NCBI GenBank assembly: GCA_017528045.1
Contig: JAFXPG010000005.1
Span: 77,834-141,833 of the forward strand
DNA from: Alphaproteobacteria bacterium
GTDB lineage: Bacteria; Pseudomonadota; Alphaproteobacteria; Rs-D84
Reading direction: 5' to 3'
DNA length: 64,000 bases
The number at the start of each line of letters is the position of its first letter. Position 1 is the stretch's first letter. Position numbers and translations under genes: made by a program. A model generated the notes under the pieces. The model was given only the letters and a program-made list of their open reading frames with translations, did no database searches and was not told the DNA's origin. This document shows, in pieces, positions 18,790-27,695 of this stretch.

Positions 18790-19719
18790 ATGAAAAAACT
18801 TTTTTTAGTCTTATTAGGTATATTTTGTTTGTGTTTTTATGCAAATGCAGATGATTGTGTTTTGCTTGTTGTTGATGCAGAAGATAATAAACCCATAGGA
18901 GGTGCAGAAGTTGGTAATTTAGAAAGAAATCCTGATGATAATCTGGAAATTGCTGATGGTTCTAATCTTAGTTTTGTTGATAATTCAGGTAACGGAAGTA
19001 AGGGGTGTACTACATCATATTCAGATGGCAAAGTGTGTATAGGAAGAGATATTACTAAACAAACTATGGATGAAATGAATTGGACTGTTAATATTTATTA
19101 TATGGGGTACGAACCTCAAACAGGCATTGTTTTAGAACCTGGAGTTTTAAAAACTGTTGAAATGAAAAGAGCTGATAATGAGCTAGATGATGTTATAATT
19201 AAATCTGTTACGTGTGAGAATTTAATAGAAAAATTGCCTGATTCTGCAAAAAATAAATACCCACACGCAACAAAATTATCTGGTTCTATGGCAAAAGGTT
19301 GCAAAATAGAAGAATGTGAACCTGGATGGCGTGTCTTTGGAAATAAATGTGAAAAAGAAGATACAATAGATATTACAATATCGCTTGGGTCGATACCAAT
19401 TAAAGATGATGACAAAACAGTTAAAAAAGACAATAAAGATGATTTTTTAAACGCCATTAATAAAATTGACGGTTGGATTTCAGAACAAGAAAGCGGCAGA
19501 AGTAAATGGAAAGATGCTGCTGGTAATTTTAATGGTGCACGTTTGGCATCTGATTTGACAGCCGGTGTTGTATTGGGAACAGTTGGCGGTGTCGTTTCCG
19601 GGGTTGTTATAAAAAAGAAACAAGTAGAAAAAGGTTTTGATTCTTTGGGTTGTTATGTTGGTGGTCAAAAAATGGCAGATTGGAAAGATGAATTCAAAGT
19701 TGTTTTTCAAAGATATTAA
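18790..19719 (+). CDS. Secreted protein with the same C-terminal TM anchor cassette (paralog B)
   Basis: The signal peptide is MKKLFLVLLGIFCLCFYANA. The N-terminal domain differs from paralog A, but the C-terminal roughly 80 aa are nearly identical to it. Confidence 0.75.
   Translation: MKKLFLVLLGIFCLCFYANADDCVLLVVDAEDNKPIGGAEVGNLERNPDDNLEIADGSNLSFVDNSGNGSKGCTTSYSDGKVCIGRDITKQTMDEMNWTVNIYYMGYEPQTGIVLEPGVLKTVEMKRADNELDDVIIKSVTCENLIEKLPDSAKNKYPHATKLSGSMAKGCKIEECEPGWRVFGNKCEKEDTIDITISLGSIPIKDDDKTVKKDNKDDFLNAINKIDGWISEQESGRSKWKDAAGNFNGARLASDLTAGVVLGTVGGVVSGVVIKKKQVEKGFDSLGCYVGGQKMADWKDEFKVVFQRY
19501..19641 (+). repeat. Near-identical 3' cassette, copy 2
   Basis: See copy 1. The offset between the two copies is 936 nt. 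Confidence 0.9.
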
Positions 19720-19721
19720 AT

Positions 19722-19747
19722 GCCGCTGAAAACAGCGGTTTTTTTAT
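19722..19747 (+). terminator. Intrinsic terminator
   Basis: Stem gccgctg/cagcggt with loop aaaa and a T-run. Confidence 0.8.
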
Positions 19748-19864
19748 TGCAAATATCAAAAAATATGTTAGAATAAAAGCATGATGATTATTAAAAAAGT
19801 ATTTTTATCATTCAATTTACATCACGCCCGTGTGGGTGTGTGTTTCTAGCGTTTACAAGTTTTT

Positions 19865-19875
19865 TGTGATATAAT
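19865..19875 (+). promoter_or_regulatory. Extended -10 promoter (TGTGATATAAT) upstream of hisS
   Basis: The same 15-nt tttttgtgatataat string is found upstream of tkt. TATAAT is at 19870-75. Confidence 0.4.
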
Positions 19876-19931
19876 TGCTGTTGAAAAAACAGTTTCTTTT
19901 CGGTTTGGTTTTTATAAAAAAGGAATAAAAA

Positions 19932-21233
19932 ATGGATTTAAAACCAACAAAACCTTTAAGCGGATTTATAGAATTGTTGCCAGCACAACAACGTTGTTTT
20001 GATTATTGTGCGGCAAAGATGCAAAATGTTTTACGTCTTGCAGGTTTTTCTTTGTTAGATTTGCCTGCTATAGAACGTGCAGAAGTTTTAACAGATAAAG
20101 ATAATTGGGATGAAATTGAAACTCAAATGTTTTTGTTTCAAAAAGGCGATACTAAAATGGGATTGCGTTATGATGGAACCGTTGGGTTATCTCGTTATGT
20201 TGCTGGCCATCTGAATAATTTAGTATTTCCATTTCGTGCATCACAATTTTCAAAACGTTATCGTGGCGAACGCGCACAACGTGGCCGTTATCGTGAATTT
20301 TATCAAATGGATTTAGATATAATGGGTATAAATTCTTTATCAACAAATTATGATGCAGAAATTATATCTGTTATAAGCAAGGCTCTTGATTCTGTTAATG
20401 AATTTATCGGTCCAAATATTGTATATATTGGATCTCGTCCATTTTGGGATGCTGTGTTTGATTTCTTGGGATTAACGCAAAATCAGAAAAAAGATGTTTT
20501 TGTCTTGATAGATAAAAAAGACAAAATGGGTGACGATGATTTTGCGGAAGCTTTGAAAGATACGTTAAATAATACAGAACAAGAAAACACTATAAAATCT
20601 GTGTTTGATGACGGTTATAAAAAATTTGTAGGTAAATCTGAAAAATTGGATGCCGCAATATCAGAATTGAATGAATTTATAAAGACATTGGATGGTATGG
20701 GAATCCAAAATGCAAAAATAGATTTATCTATTGCTCGTGGTTTAGCTTACTATACGGGGTTGGTTTTTGAATTTAAATTACCTGAACATCCTGAATTTGG
20801 TACAGCAGCCGGCGGTGGTCGTTATGAAAATTTGGCTTCTAAATTTTCCAAAACAAAGATAGTAGGTGTTGGTGCTGCAATTGGTTTTTCAAGAATATTT
20901 GCGTCTATGTTAGAAAATAACCAAATAGATTTAACAAGATTTGTTAATCCTGTGGATGTTGCAGTTTTAGTAATGGGTAATAATAATGTTGCATATGCTT
21001 CACAAATTGTAAATGTTTTACGTGAAAACGGAATTGTTGCAGTTTCTTATCTGGATACAGATAAAAAATTTAAGAACCAAATTGAATATGCCGATAAAAT
21101 AGGGGCTAAATTTGCTGCAATTATTGGTGATGATGAAGTAGCAAATAATGTTGTTGCCTTAAAAAATATGGAATCAGGTATTCAAGAATCAATGTCTTTG
21201 GATGCTGCAATAAATAATATAAAGGTAAAATAA
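19932..21233 (+). CDS. hisS: Histidine--tRNA ligase
   Basis: It has the class II motifs RYRGERAQRGRYREFYQMD and AAGGGRYENL, plus a C-terminal anticodon-binding domain. Confidence 0.92.
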   Translation: MDLKPTKPLSGFIELLPAQQRCFDYCAAKMQNVLRLAGFSLLDLPAIERAEVLTDKDNWDEIETQMFLFQKGDTKMGLRYDGTVGLSRYVAGHLNNLVFPFRASQFSKRYRGERAQRGRYREFYQMDLDIMGINSLSTNYDAEIISVISKALDSVNEFIGPNIVYIGSRPFWDAVFDFLGLTQNQKKDVFVLIDKKDKMGDDDFAEALKDTLNNTEQENTIKSVFDDGYKKFVGKSEKLDAAISELNEFIKTLDGMGIQNAKIDLSIARGLAYYTGLVFEFKLPEHPEFGTAAGGGRYENLASKFSKTKIVGVGAAIGFSRIFASMLENNQIDLTRFVNPVDVAVLVMGNNNVAYASQIVNVLRENGIVAVSYLDTDKKFKNQIEYADKIGAKFAAIIGDDEVANNVVALKNMESGIQESMSLDAAINNIKVK

Positions 21234-21234
21234 T

Positions 21235-22299
21235 ATGATTATTGAACAAAAATTACGTGATATTCAAAACAGAGCGAAAGATATAGAATCCAAAATGAAT
21301 TCTGGTGATGTGTCTGGTGATGAATTGACCAAATTGTCAAAAGAATATTCACAATTATCTGAAATTTTACCTTTGATAGATAAATATTTACAAACACAAG
21401 CTGGTATCAAAGATGCAAATGAAATGTTAAATGATCCAGAATTAAAATCCATAGCAGCAGAACAACTGGATGAATTAAATCATGCTTTGCCAGAATTAGA
21501 ACGTGATTTACAAATTGCTTTGTTGCCACGTGATGCTGCGGATGATAACAGTGTTATTATGGAAATTCGTGCCGGTGTAGGTGGAGAAGAATCAGCTTTG
21601 TTTGCTGGTGATTTGTTTAATCAATATCAGTCTTATGCTTTGCGCCATGGATGGAAAATAGAAATTATCGAAGAAAATGCAACATCTTTGCATGGATATA
21701 AGGAAATAATTTTTAAAATTGATGGTGTTGGGGCATATGCCAGAATGAAATTTGAATCTGGAATTCATCGTGTGCAACGTGTTCCAGAAACAGAAGCAGG
21801 TGGTCGTATTCATACTTCTGCTGCATCTGTTGCTGTTATGCCAGAAGCAAAAGACATAGATGTTGTAATAGATGAAAAAGATATTCGTATTGATATTTTC
21901 CGTGCTTCTGGGGCAGGTGGACAACATGTTAATAAAACAGATTCTGCAATTCGTATAACACACTTCCCAACGGGCATAGTTGTTACATGTCAAAACGAAC
22001 GTTCCCAATTACAAAACAAAGCAACTGCTATGGCTGTATTACGTTCTCGTTTGTATGAAAAACAAAGAAACGAACAAATGAACGCTTCAAATGCCTCTCG
22101 TCGCAGTATGGTTGGTTCTGGTGACAGAAGTGAAAAAATCAGAACTTATAATTTTCCAGAACAACGTGTCACAGATCATCGTATCAAATTAACTTTATAT
22201 AAATTAGATGATATTTTGGCCGGCGGAGAAGGGCTGGACGAAATGATAGATGCTTTGATTTCTGCAGATCAATTGGAAAGATTGGCAGCTTTGGATTAA
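21235..22299 (+). CDS. prfA: Peptide chain release factor 1
   Basis: RVQRVPETE is a PxT-type tripeptide motif. The GGQHVNKTDSA motif is also present. Confidence 0.96.
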   Translation: MIIEQKLRDIQNRAKDIESKMNSGDVSGDELTKLSKEYSQLSEILPLIDKYLQTQAGIKDANEMLNDPELKSIAAEQLDELNHALPELERDLQIALLPRDAADDNSVIMEIRAGVGGEESALFAGDLFNQYQSYALRHGWKIEIIEENATSLHGYKEIIFKIDGVGAYARMKFESGIHRVQRVPETEAGGRIHTSAASVAVMPEAKDIDVVIDEKDIRIDIFRASGAGGQHVNKTDSAIRITHFPTGIVVTCQNERSQLQNKATAMAVLRSRLYEKQRNEQMNASNASRRSMVGSGDRSEKIRTYNFPEQRVTDHRIKLTLYKLDDILAGGEGLDEMIDALISADQLERLAALD

Positions 22300-22309
22300 G
22301 TATACTTAT

Positions 22310-23323
22310 TTAAAATAAATATTTAATATTTAAATTTCCACCAAAGCCATCTATATTACCAAATGTCTTTTTTAAGACAACATCAAACATTAATTTGTTG
22401 TAATTATATCTGGCACTTAAACCAATTTCATCATATTGATCTATGTTAACTGTTGGATATTTTATATTTTGAAAAACAATATCATTGTTTTTGCTGTTAA
22501 TATCTACATATTTAAAGAATAAAGCACCAGATAAGTTATCTGTTATTCTGGATACTATTTTTACAGATGGTGCAATATTCCAAAAGCGTGAATTCTTTGC
22601 AGAGATATAATCTTCATTAATATGAATTTTATCATCAGGTTTTACATATGTATATCCAAAATATATTTCAGGTTGTAAATATAAAGTGCTTTGGAATCTT
22701 AATTTTAAAGATGCATCAATCGCTGCATTAAACCATGCGTTATTGAAATCGTCTTTGTTATTATCAAAATCATTGGTTGTTGTTCCATTATTTATCATTC
22801 CGGTAACAGTAAAATCTTTATATTTATATTTTGTAAACAATCCGACAGATTGACCATTATTATCAAAAATTTTTGTATCACTGTTTATATAACTGAAATA
22901 AGCACCAAAAGAAATATCACCGTATATAACATTAAAATCTAAAGAATCAAATCCAACAGATACAATATTATTTTGTATGCGTTGTGATAAATGATGATTA
23001 AATTTATATTTATTATTTAAATATTTTTCATCAATCCAAATATCTTTGACCAATGTATCATTATAATTTTGGCTGTGTTTTGTTTTTATAGTTCTGCCAT
23101 CATCGCCATATTCGTCAAAACGCGTCATTTTTCCATAAATATTTGAATTTTTTGAAGAATCTAAAATATTATCGCCATGATGAGCGTTTTCCATAAATTC
23201 AACAGTTAATATATTTATATTTTCTGCACTTATATTATTTGCATAAATTTCACTTGCTGGTGCATTATACGACCAAATAAAAAAAGGTGTTAATAATAAT
23301 AAATATTTTTTTTCTCTCATCAT
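22310..23323 (-). CDS. Outer-membrane beta-barrel protein (autotransporter-like translocator)
   Basis: It has a signal peptide, alternating aromatic/polar beta-strand patterning, and a C-terminal NIKYLF ending in F. Confidence 0.5.
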   Translation of the reverse strand: MMREKKYLLLLTPFFIWSYNAPASEIYANNISAENINILTVEFMENAHHGDNILDSSKNSNIYGKMTRFDEYGDDGRTIKTKHSQNYNDTLVKDIWIDEKYLNNKYKFNHHLSQRIQNNIVSVGFDSLDFNVIYGDISFGAYFSYINSDTKIFDNNGQSVGLFTKYKYKDFTVTGMINNGTTTNDFDNNKDDFNNAWFNAAIDASLKLRFQSTLYLQPEIYFGYTYVKPDDKIHINEDYISAKNSRFWNIAPSVKIVSRITDNLSGALFFKYVDINSKNNDIVFQNIKYPTVNIDQYDEIGLSARYNYNKLMFDVVLKKTFGNIDGFGGNLNIKYLF

Positions 23324-23416
23324 TTAATCCCTTGTTTATGTTTTTATTATATCATATTTTTTGGTAATAATAAATTTTTATTGTCAGTTTTATTCTTTTT
23401 ATATAAAATATCAAAC

Positions 23417-23983
23417 ATGAGAAACAAAAAATCGATAAGTTTAGAACAACCAATAGTAATGGTTGGTTTGATGGGGGCGGGTAAGACAAGCATTGGTCGT
23501 GCTTTGGCTAAAAATCTGGGAATACCATTCGTAGATTCTGATAAAGAAATTGAAAAAGCAGCAGGGTGCAGTGTTGTTGATATTTTTTCTTTGTATGGCG
23601 AAAAAGAATTCAGACGCGTAGAAGAAAAGGTTATAGAACGATTGTTGGATACGCCACCTTTGATAAAAGTAATTTCTACTGGCGAAGGTGCTTTTATAAC
23701 ACCGGCAGTACGTGAAATGGTTTTAAAGCGTGCCACATCTATTTGGCTGAAAGCAGATTTGGAATTATTGGTAAAAAGGACAAATTTTCGTCATACAAGA
23801 CCTCAATTATTAAATACAGATTCTCGTCAGATTTTGGCACAATTAATAAAAGAACGTTATGATACATATGCTTTGGCAAATATAATGGTTGAAACCAAAG
23901 ATGAAAATATTCATAAAACGTTAAATAAAGTTTTAAACGCAATAGAAGAACATAACAAAAAAGGTGAAAAAAATGAAAATTAA
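23417..23983 (+). CDS. aroK: Shikimate kinase
   Basis: It carries the Walker A motif GLMGAGKTSIGR and the motifs DSD and GEKEFR. I moved the start to the ATG at 23417. Confidence 0.9.
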   Translation: MRNKKSISLEQPIVMVGLMGAGKTSIGRALAKNLGIPFVDSDKEIEKAAGCSVVDIFSLYGEKEFRRVEEKVIERLLDTPPLIKVISTGEGAFITPAVREMVLKRATSIWLKADLELLVKRTNFRHTRPQLLNTDSRQILAQLIKERYDTYALANIMVETKDENIHKTLNKVLNAIEEHNKKGEKNEN

Positions 23984-24530
23984 ATTTATTAACGAATTTA
24001 AATCTTTTATTAACAAAGGCAGCGCAATCGATATGGCTGTTGGTATTATCGTTGGGTCTGTCATGACCAGTGTCGTTAATTCTTTGGTTAAAGATATTAT
24101 TATGCCACCGGTTGGAATGTTGGTTGGTGGAATTGATTTTTCTCAATGGTTTTTTGTCTTGGGTGGCGGTGAACCTGGTGCACATTATGCAACAATGGAA
24201 GCTGCAACTGCAGCTGGGGCAACAACATTAAATTTAGGAACATTTTTAAATACGGTTATCAGTTTCTTGATAACAATGTTTGCTGTATTTATTATTGTAA
24301 AAATCGCAAATTCAGCACGAGCCAAAGGACCAGCTACAACACATACATGTCCTTATTGTCAACAATCTATCAGTAAATTAGCAACAAAATGTCCATATTG
24401 TTGTTCTGCTGTAAAACCAGAAAAAATTGGTCCTGCAGAAGAAGCAGAATTAACAAAAGGTTTAAAATCTTTGAAAGAAAAAGTTGGTAAAGTTGCCAAA
24501 GTTGCTAAAAAAGTAGCTAAAATCAAATAA
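23973..24530 (+). CDS. mscL: Large-conductance mechanosensitive channel MscL with a C-terminal zinc-ribbon extension
   Basis: The core reads EFKSFINKGSAIDMAVGIIVG...DIIMPPVG. The extra C-terminus contains CPYC-x11-CPYC and a K-rich tail. The start is the ATG at 23973. Confidence 0.9.
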   Translation: MKIKFINEFKSFINKGSAIDMAVGIIVGSVMTSVVNSLVKDIIMPPVGMLVGGIDFSQWFFVLGGGEPGAHYATMEAATAAGATTLNLGTFLNTVISFLITMFAVFIIVKIANSARAKGPATTHTCPYCQQSISKLATKCPYCCSAVKPEKIGPAEEAELTKGLKSLKEKVGKVAKVAKKVAKIK

Positions 24531-24564
24531 ATAATTTGATATAAACGTTGCTTGATATAAAGAT

Positions 24565-24589
24565 AAACCGCCAGAAATGGCGGTTTTTT
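24565..24589 (+). terminator. Intrinsic terminator
   Basis: Stem aaccgcc/ggcggtt plus a T-run. Confidence 0.85.
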
Positions 24590-25252
24590 GCGTATTAGGG
24601 CATATTAGATAAAAATAAAAACTTATATAAATGAAAATGTGAAATTATTAAATAAAAATTTATATTTTATAAGTTTTTTAGCATTTTAGGGTGTAAATTA
24701 TATTTATAATGGAATAAATTATTAATAATTATTATAAAAATTATCATTATAAAATCCTTTTATTTTAAAAAGCGCAGAAAACCGCGGGGCAGCATCAAAA
24801 ATAAGAATATATAAAAGGCGCATAATGTATATTATGTATAGTTTAGTATATATAAACCCATGATATATCAATAATGTGTAAATTTATACGATTTTAACAA
24901 TTTTTGATGTTTTTTGTATATTTAATCAGTTTTTATTTTTTTATATTTATTAAAAATATTTCAAATGTATTTTTTTTCTTAAATTATTTTATTATGAAAA
25001 ATTTTTATCTATTTGTTTTTACTGAATAATTAATTGAATTAGAAATTTGTATAAAATATATGTTTTTTTATAATATTTTACTCTTTTATTATATGGTTTT
25101 TATTGTTTTTTATTTATGTGTTTCAGTATTTTATATCGTTTTTGTTATAAAAAAGTGCCAAAAAACGCAGAAATCTGCATTTTTCAGCACTTTGATGTTC
25201 TTAAAATTAAATTTTATGTTTTTTTACTTAAAAAACATAAAAATGGCGGATT

Positions 25253-25813
25253 TTAGCATTTTTCATGCTTTGAAAAAGTTTCTTTTACCATAAAAATATA
25301 ATTGTATTTTATAGCATCTTTCACATGTTTTATTGTTTGAACAATATCTCCTGGAGTTTGAACAATTGTTTTTGGTGTTTGAACAATATTTTCAGGTGTT
25401 TGTATATCGTTATTTATTTCAGGATGATATCTTTCTGAATTATGAGATCTTAACCCTTTTAATCTTGCTGATTTTGATAATTCAGGATTGTTTGCATATA
25501 ATAAAGCTAGATTATTTTGCCAATATAATTGTTTTAGTCTTGGATTATTTGGTAATGTTATTCTGTATAACATATAAAAACCTGTGAATTCTTTTGTGTT
25601 ATATTTATTTTTAAACTTATTTAATTTATTTAATAAATCTTTTTTTACAGATAAATCCGTTAAACTTTGTAAAATTAAATATGCTTCGATTGGATTGCTT
25701 TTATGTACGCGGAATAATATTGCGGCCAATTGTCTTTCTATACGACCACGACGTGCGCTTCTGTAATATTTAGTTTTGTAATCTTCTGTTTGTGAACCTT
25801 GTATCTTAGTCAT
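25253..25813 (-). CDS. Hypothetical protein with a heptad IVQTPxx repeat (orphan)
   Basis: 186 aa and basic, containing PENIVQTPKTIVQTPGDIVQT. I recognise no family. The upstream RBS is weak. Confidence 0.5.
   Translation of the reverse strand: MTKIQGSQTEDYKTKYYRSARRGRIERQLAAILFRVHKSNPIEAYLILQSLTDLSVKKDLLNKLNKFKNKYNTKEFTGFYMLYRITLPNNPRLKQLYWQNNLALLYANNPELSKSARLKGLRSHNSERYHPEINNDIQTPENIVQTPKTIVQTPGDIVQTIKHVKDAIKYNYIFMVKETFSKHEKC
25335..25418. repeat. Tandem repeat of 21 bp, four copies, in frame within the 25253 CDS
   Basis: gtttgaacaat recurs at 25335, 25356 and 25377, with a degenerate copy at 25398. Confidence 0.85.
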
Positions 25814-25945
25814 TGTTTTTAACCTTTTTATAATTTGTTGACAAATAATACTATAATTTTAAATTTTGTCAATAAAAAAATATAAAAAACACCCTATTTT
25901 TATGTATTTTTTATAAAGATAATTTGGCAATATGTTCTGGTATAT

Positions 25946-26704
25946 TTATTGTGGACAAGAAGTATCATCACAAATATAATATACCATACCGTTGTAAACA
26001 GTTTTGAAATAATGTTGTGAACCGGCGGTCATAACTGTTTGTGTAGTTGTCATATTTGCATAAAAAACATTATTACCATATGCAACATTTAAAGATGGTG
26101 TTGTGTGTTTTGTGGAAGATAAATAAACAACATCGTTTCCGATATGTAAAATATGTTGATAACAATTAGTTGAACCGATAGGAGCAAAATAATCATTACA
26201 AGATACAATACCTTGGTTATCTGTTTCATTAAAAGAATAAGTACCCCCAACACATTTATTTCCTGCCGGACAAATGGTGCAAGAATCAACATTAGCCGGT
26301 AAATAATAACCCGGCGCACAAGTATGTTCGTTTGGGGTCCATTCGGATATTAATATTGATTTATTATTTAATGAATTCAGTATATTATTAGAACATATAT
26401 TTGTTATATTTGTGTTTATCAATGGTTTTCCACTTATTCCCTGGGCAACCGTTTCATTAAAAGTATATGTTCCGCCATCACAAGTAAAACCAATCGGACA
26501 CGGACGACACCCCGGCACATTGGCGGGCAGAAAAAAACCATATTCACATGTATATTTATTTGGTTCAAATACAGCCTGCATTTCCGCCATACCATTTTTA
26601 ATATATATTGTTGGGATACTGCATCCATTAACAACATTATCATTAATCCATGCCAATGCGGGTTGAGTGAATAGTAAAGATAATATAATAATATTTTTTT
26701 TCAT
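25946..26704 (-). CDS. Secreted cysteine-rich protein with a duplicated CxxCPxG (ephrin-receptor/GCC2_GCC3-like) module
   Basis: The signal peptide is MKKNIIILSLLFTQPALA. Two internal repeats are present: YTCEYGFFLPANVPGCRPCPIGFTCDGGTYTFNET and HTCAPGYYLPANVDSCTICPAGNKCVGGTYSFNET. Confidence 0.7.
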   Translation of the reverse strand: MKKNIIILSLLFTQPALAWINDNVVNGCSIPTIYIKNGMAEMQAVFEPNKYTCEYGFFLPANVPGCRPCPIGFTCDGGTYTFNETVAQGISGKPLINTNITNICSNNILNSLNNKSILISEWTPNEHTCAPGYYLPANVDSCTICPAGNKCVGGTYSFNETDNQGIVSCNDYFAPIGSTNCYQHILHIGNDVVYLSSTKHTTPSLNVAYGNNVFYANMTTTQTVMTAGSQHYFKTVYNGMVYYICDDTSCPQ

Positions 26705-26707
26705 TTA

Positions 26708-27484
26708 TTATTCGTTGATTATTGGGCCGTCGATAAATTGACCGGTTCCTTGGTTGTAATAAAACTTTCCTTCCACTTTGTCATACATACATGGAACACC
26801 GTCATGATCAAGAACAGGGATAAAATCACGAACAAGAACGTCGTCTTGCCAGATTTGGAAGTAGTAGATTTTTATATTTGATGGCCAAAGTGGTACAGCG
26901 TTTTCATTGCATCTTGCACCCAGATAAATAGGATACGTGTTTTGATTTGTGTTATACGTTCCAATATTTATTTGTTTGCTGGTATTATTATCTGAGAGTG
27001 TAAAAACACCGTTATACAATTGTGCCGTATACAGAACACCTATTGATGCGCTTTTATCCCAATATACAGTTTCGTTTACGCCAGACCCAAATCCTGTCCA
27101 ACCAGGGTTATAAAAAAGTCCAAATCTTGGTATTGTACTCGTGTTCATATAGCCCCAAATACCGTTAATCTCGTTGCTAATTATATTTGAAAAAATAAAA
27201 GATATATTTATGCGTAAGTTTTTGGTTGTTAAAGGGATGAAATTTGTATTTATAAAAGCTCCCCCGGTACTTTCCAAATATTCAATTGGAATATACTGTG
27301 CAATTCGCCATCCACGAAAAGTGTAACCTGTTTTTGTTGGTGTGGTTGGTAAAATTAAATCGTTTCCCATTTCGCACTGGGTTGTTGCGTATGTGCTATC
27401 ACCAACTTTCCAATATATATTCACATTGTCAGCATACGTAACAGTGCATAACAATATTAACAACAATACTATAAATTTTTTCAT
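26708..27484 (-). CDS. Secreted protein with one Listeria-Bacteroides (Flg_new) repeat and an unknown C-terminal beta-rich domain
   Basis: It has a signal peptide, the Flg_new hallmark PTKTGYTFRGW, and the C-terminal motif RDFIPVLDHDGVPCMYDKVEGKFYYNQGTGQF. An AGGGGG RBS precedes it. Confidence 0.7.
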   Translation of the reverse strand: MKKFIVLLLILLCTVTYADNVNIYWKVGDSTYATTQCEMGNDLILPTTPTKTGYTFRGWRIAQYIPIEYLESTGGAFINTNFIPLTTKNLRINISFIFSNIISNEINGIWGYMNTSTIPRFGLFYNPGWTGFGSGVNETVYWDKSASIGVLYTAQLYNGVFTLSDNNTSKQINIGTYNTNQNTYPIYLGARCNENAVPLWPSNIKIYYFQIWQDDVLVRDFIPVLDHDGVPCMYDKVEGKFYYNQGTGQFIDGPIINE

Positions 27485-27695
27485 GTTTTGCCCCCTGCTT
27501 TGCTAATAATAAAATTTAACCGCCACAAAACACTGGGCGGTTGGAGGTTCAGAACAATTTAGCTTAAATTGTGCGTTTATTTATATATATCACGACCCTC
27601 CAACCATTTTGTTCAGTTGGAGATTTTTAACGTCTTTACAGACGAAGCTAAACGGGTTCTGACACCCCATCAACAAAACTCTTGCTGACAATATG
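27485..27695 (-). promoter_or_regulatory. Structured 5' leader (candidate attenuator or riboswitch) of the 27484 operon
   Basis: All segments below are given in plus coordinates. A long-range helix pairs 27645-27662 with 27549-27565. A GNRA hairpin lies at 27631-27644. Segment 27597-27605 can pair either with 27616-27622 or with 27539-47, and the latter overlaps the terminator hairpin at 27518-27542. Confidence 0.45.

Noticed and set aside
19823-19840. An isolated GC-rich hairpin (cacgccc-gtgt-gggtgtg) lies upstream of the hisS promoter.
   Set aside because: It stands out in AT-rich DNA but has no U-tract, no partner elements and no adjacent ORF. I cannot assign it a function from sequence alone.
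24590-25250. The AT-rich desert was considered as a chromosomal or plasmid replication origin with DnaA boxes and CtrA TTAA-N7-TTAA sites.
   Set aside because: I found no clustered TTATCCACA-like boxes. TTAA-N7-TTAA-like strings are expected by chance at this base composition. No dnaA, rep or par genes are adjacent.
25060-25293. A 77-aa ORF lies in the AT-rich desert.
   Set aside because: It is F/I/L/K/Y-rich, as expected from translating poly-T/A sequence. It has no RBS and overlaps the end of the 25253 gene.
25335-25418. The 21-bp tandem repeats were considered as a possible CRISPR array or as plasmid-type iterons.
   Set aside because: The repeats are contiguous with no spacers, far too short and too few for CRISPR, and in frame inside an ORF where they encode a heptad peptide repeat. 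No cas or rep gene is nearby.
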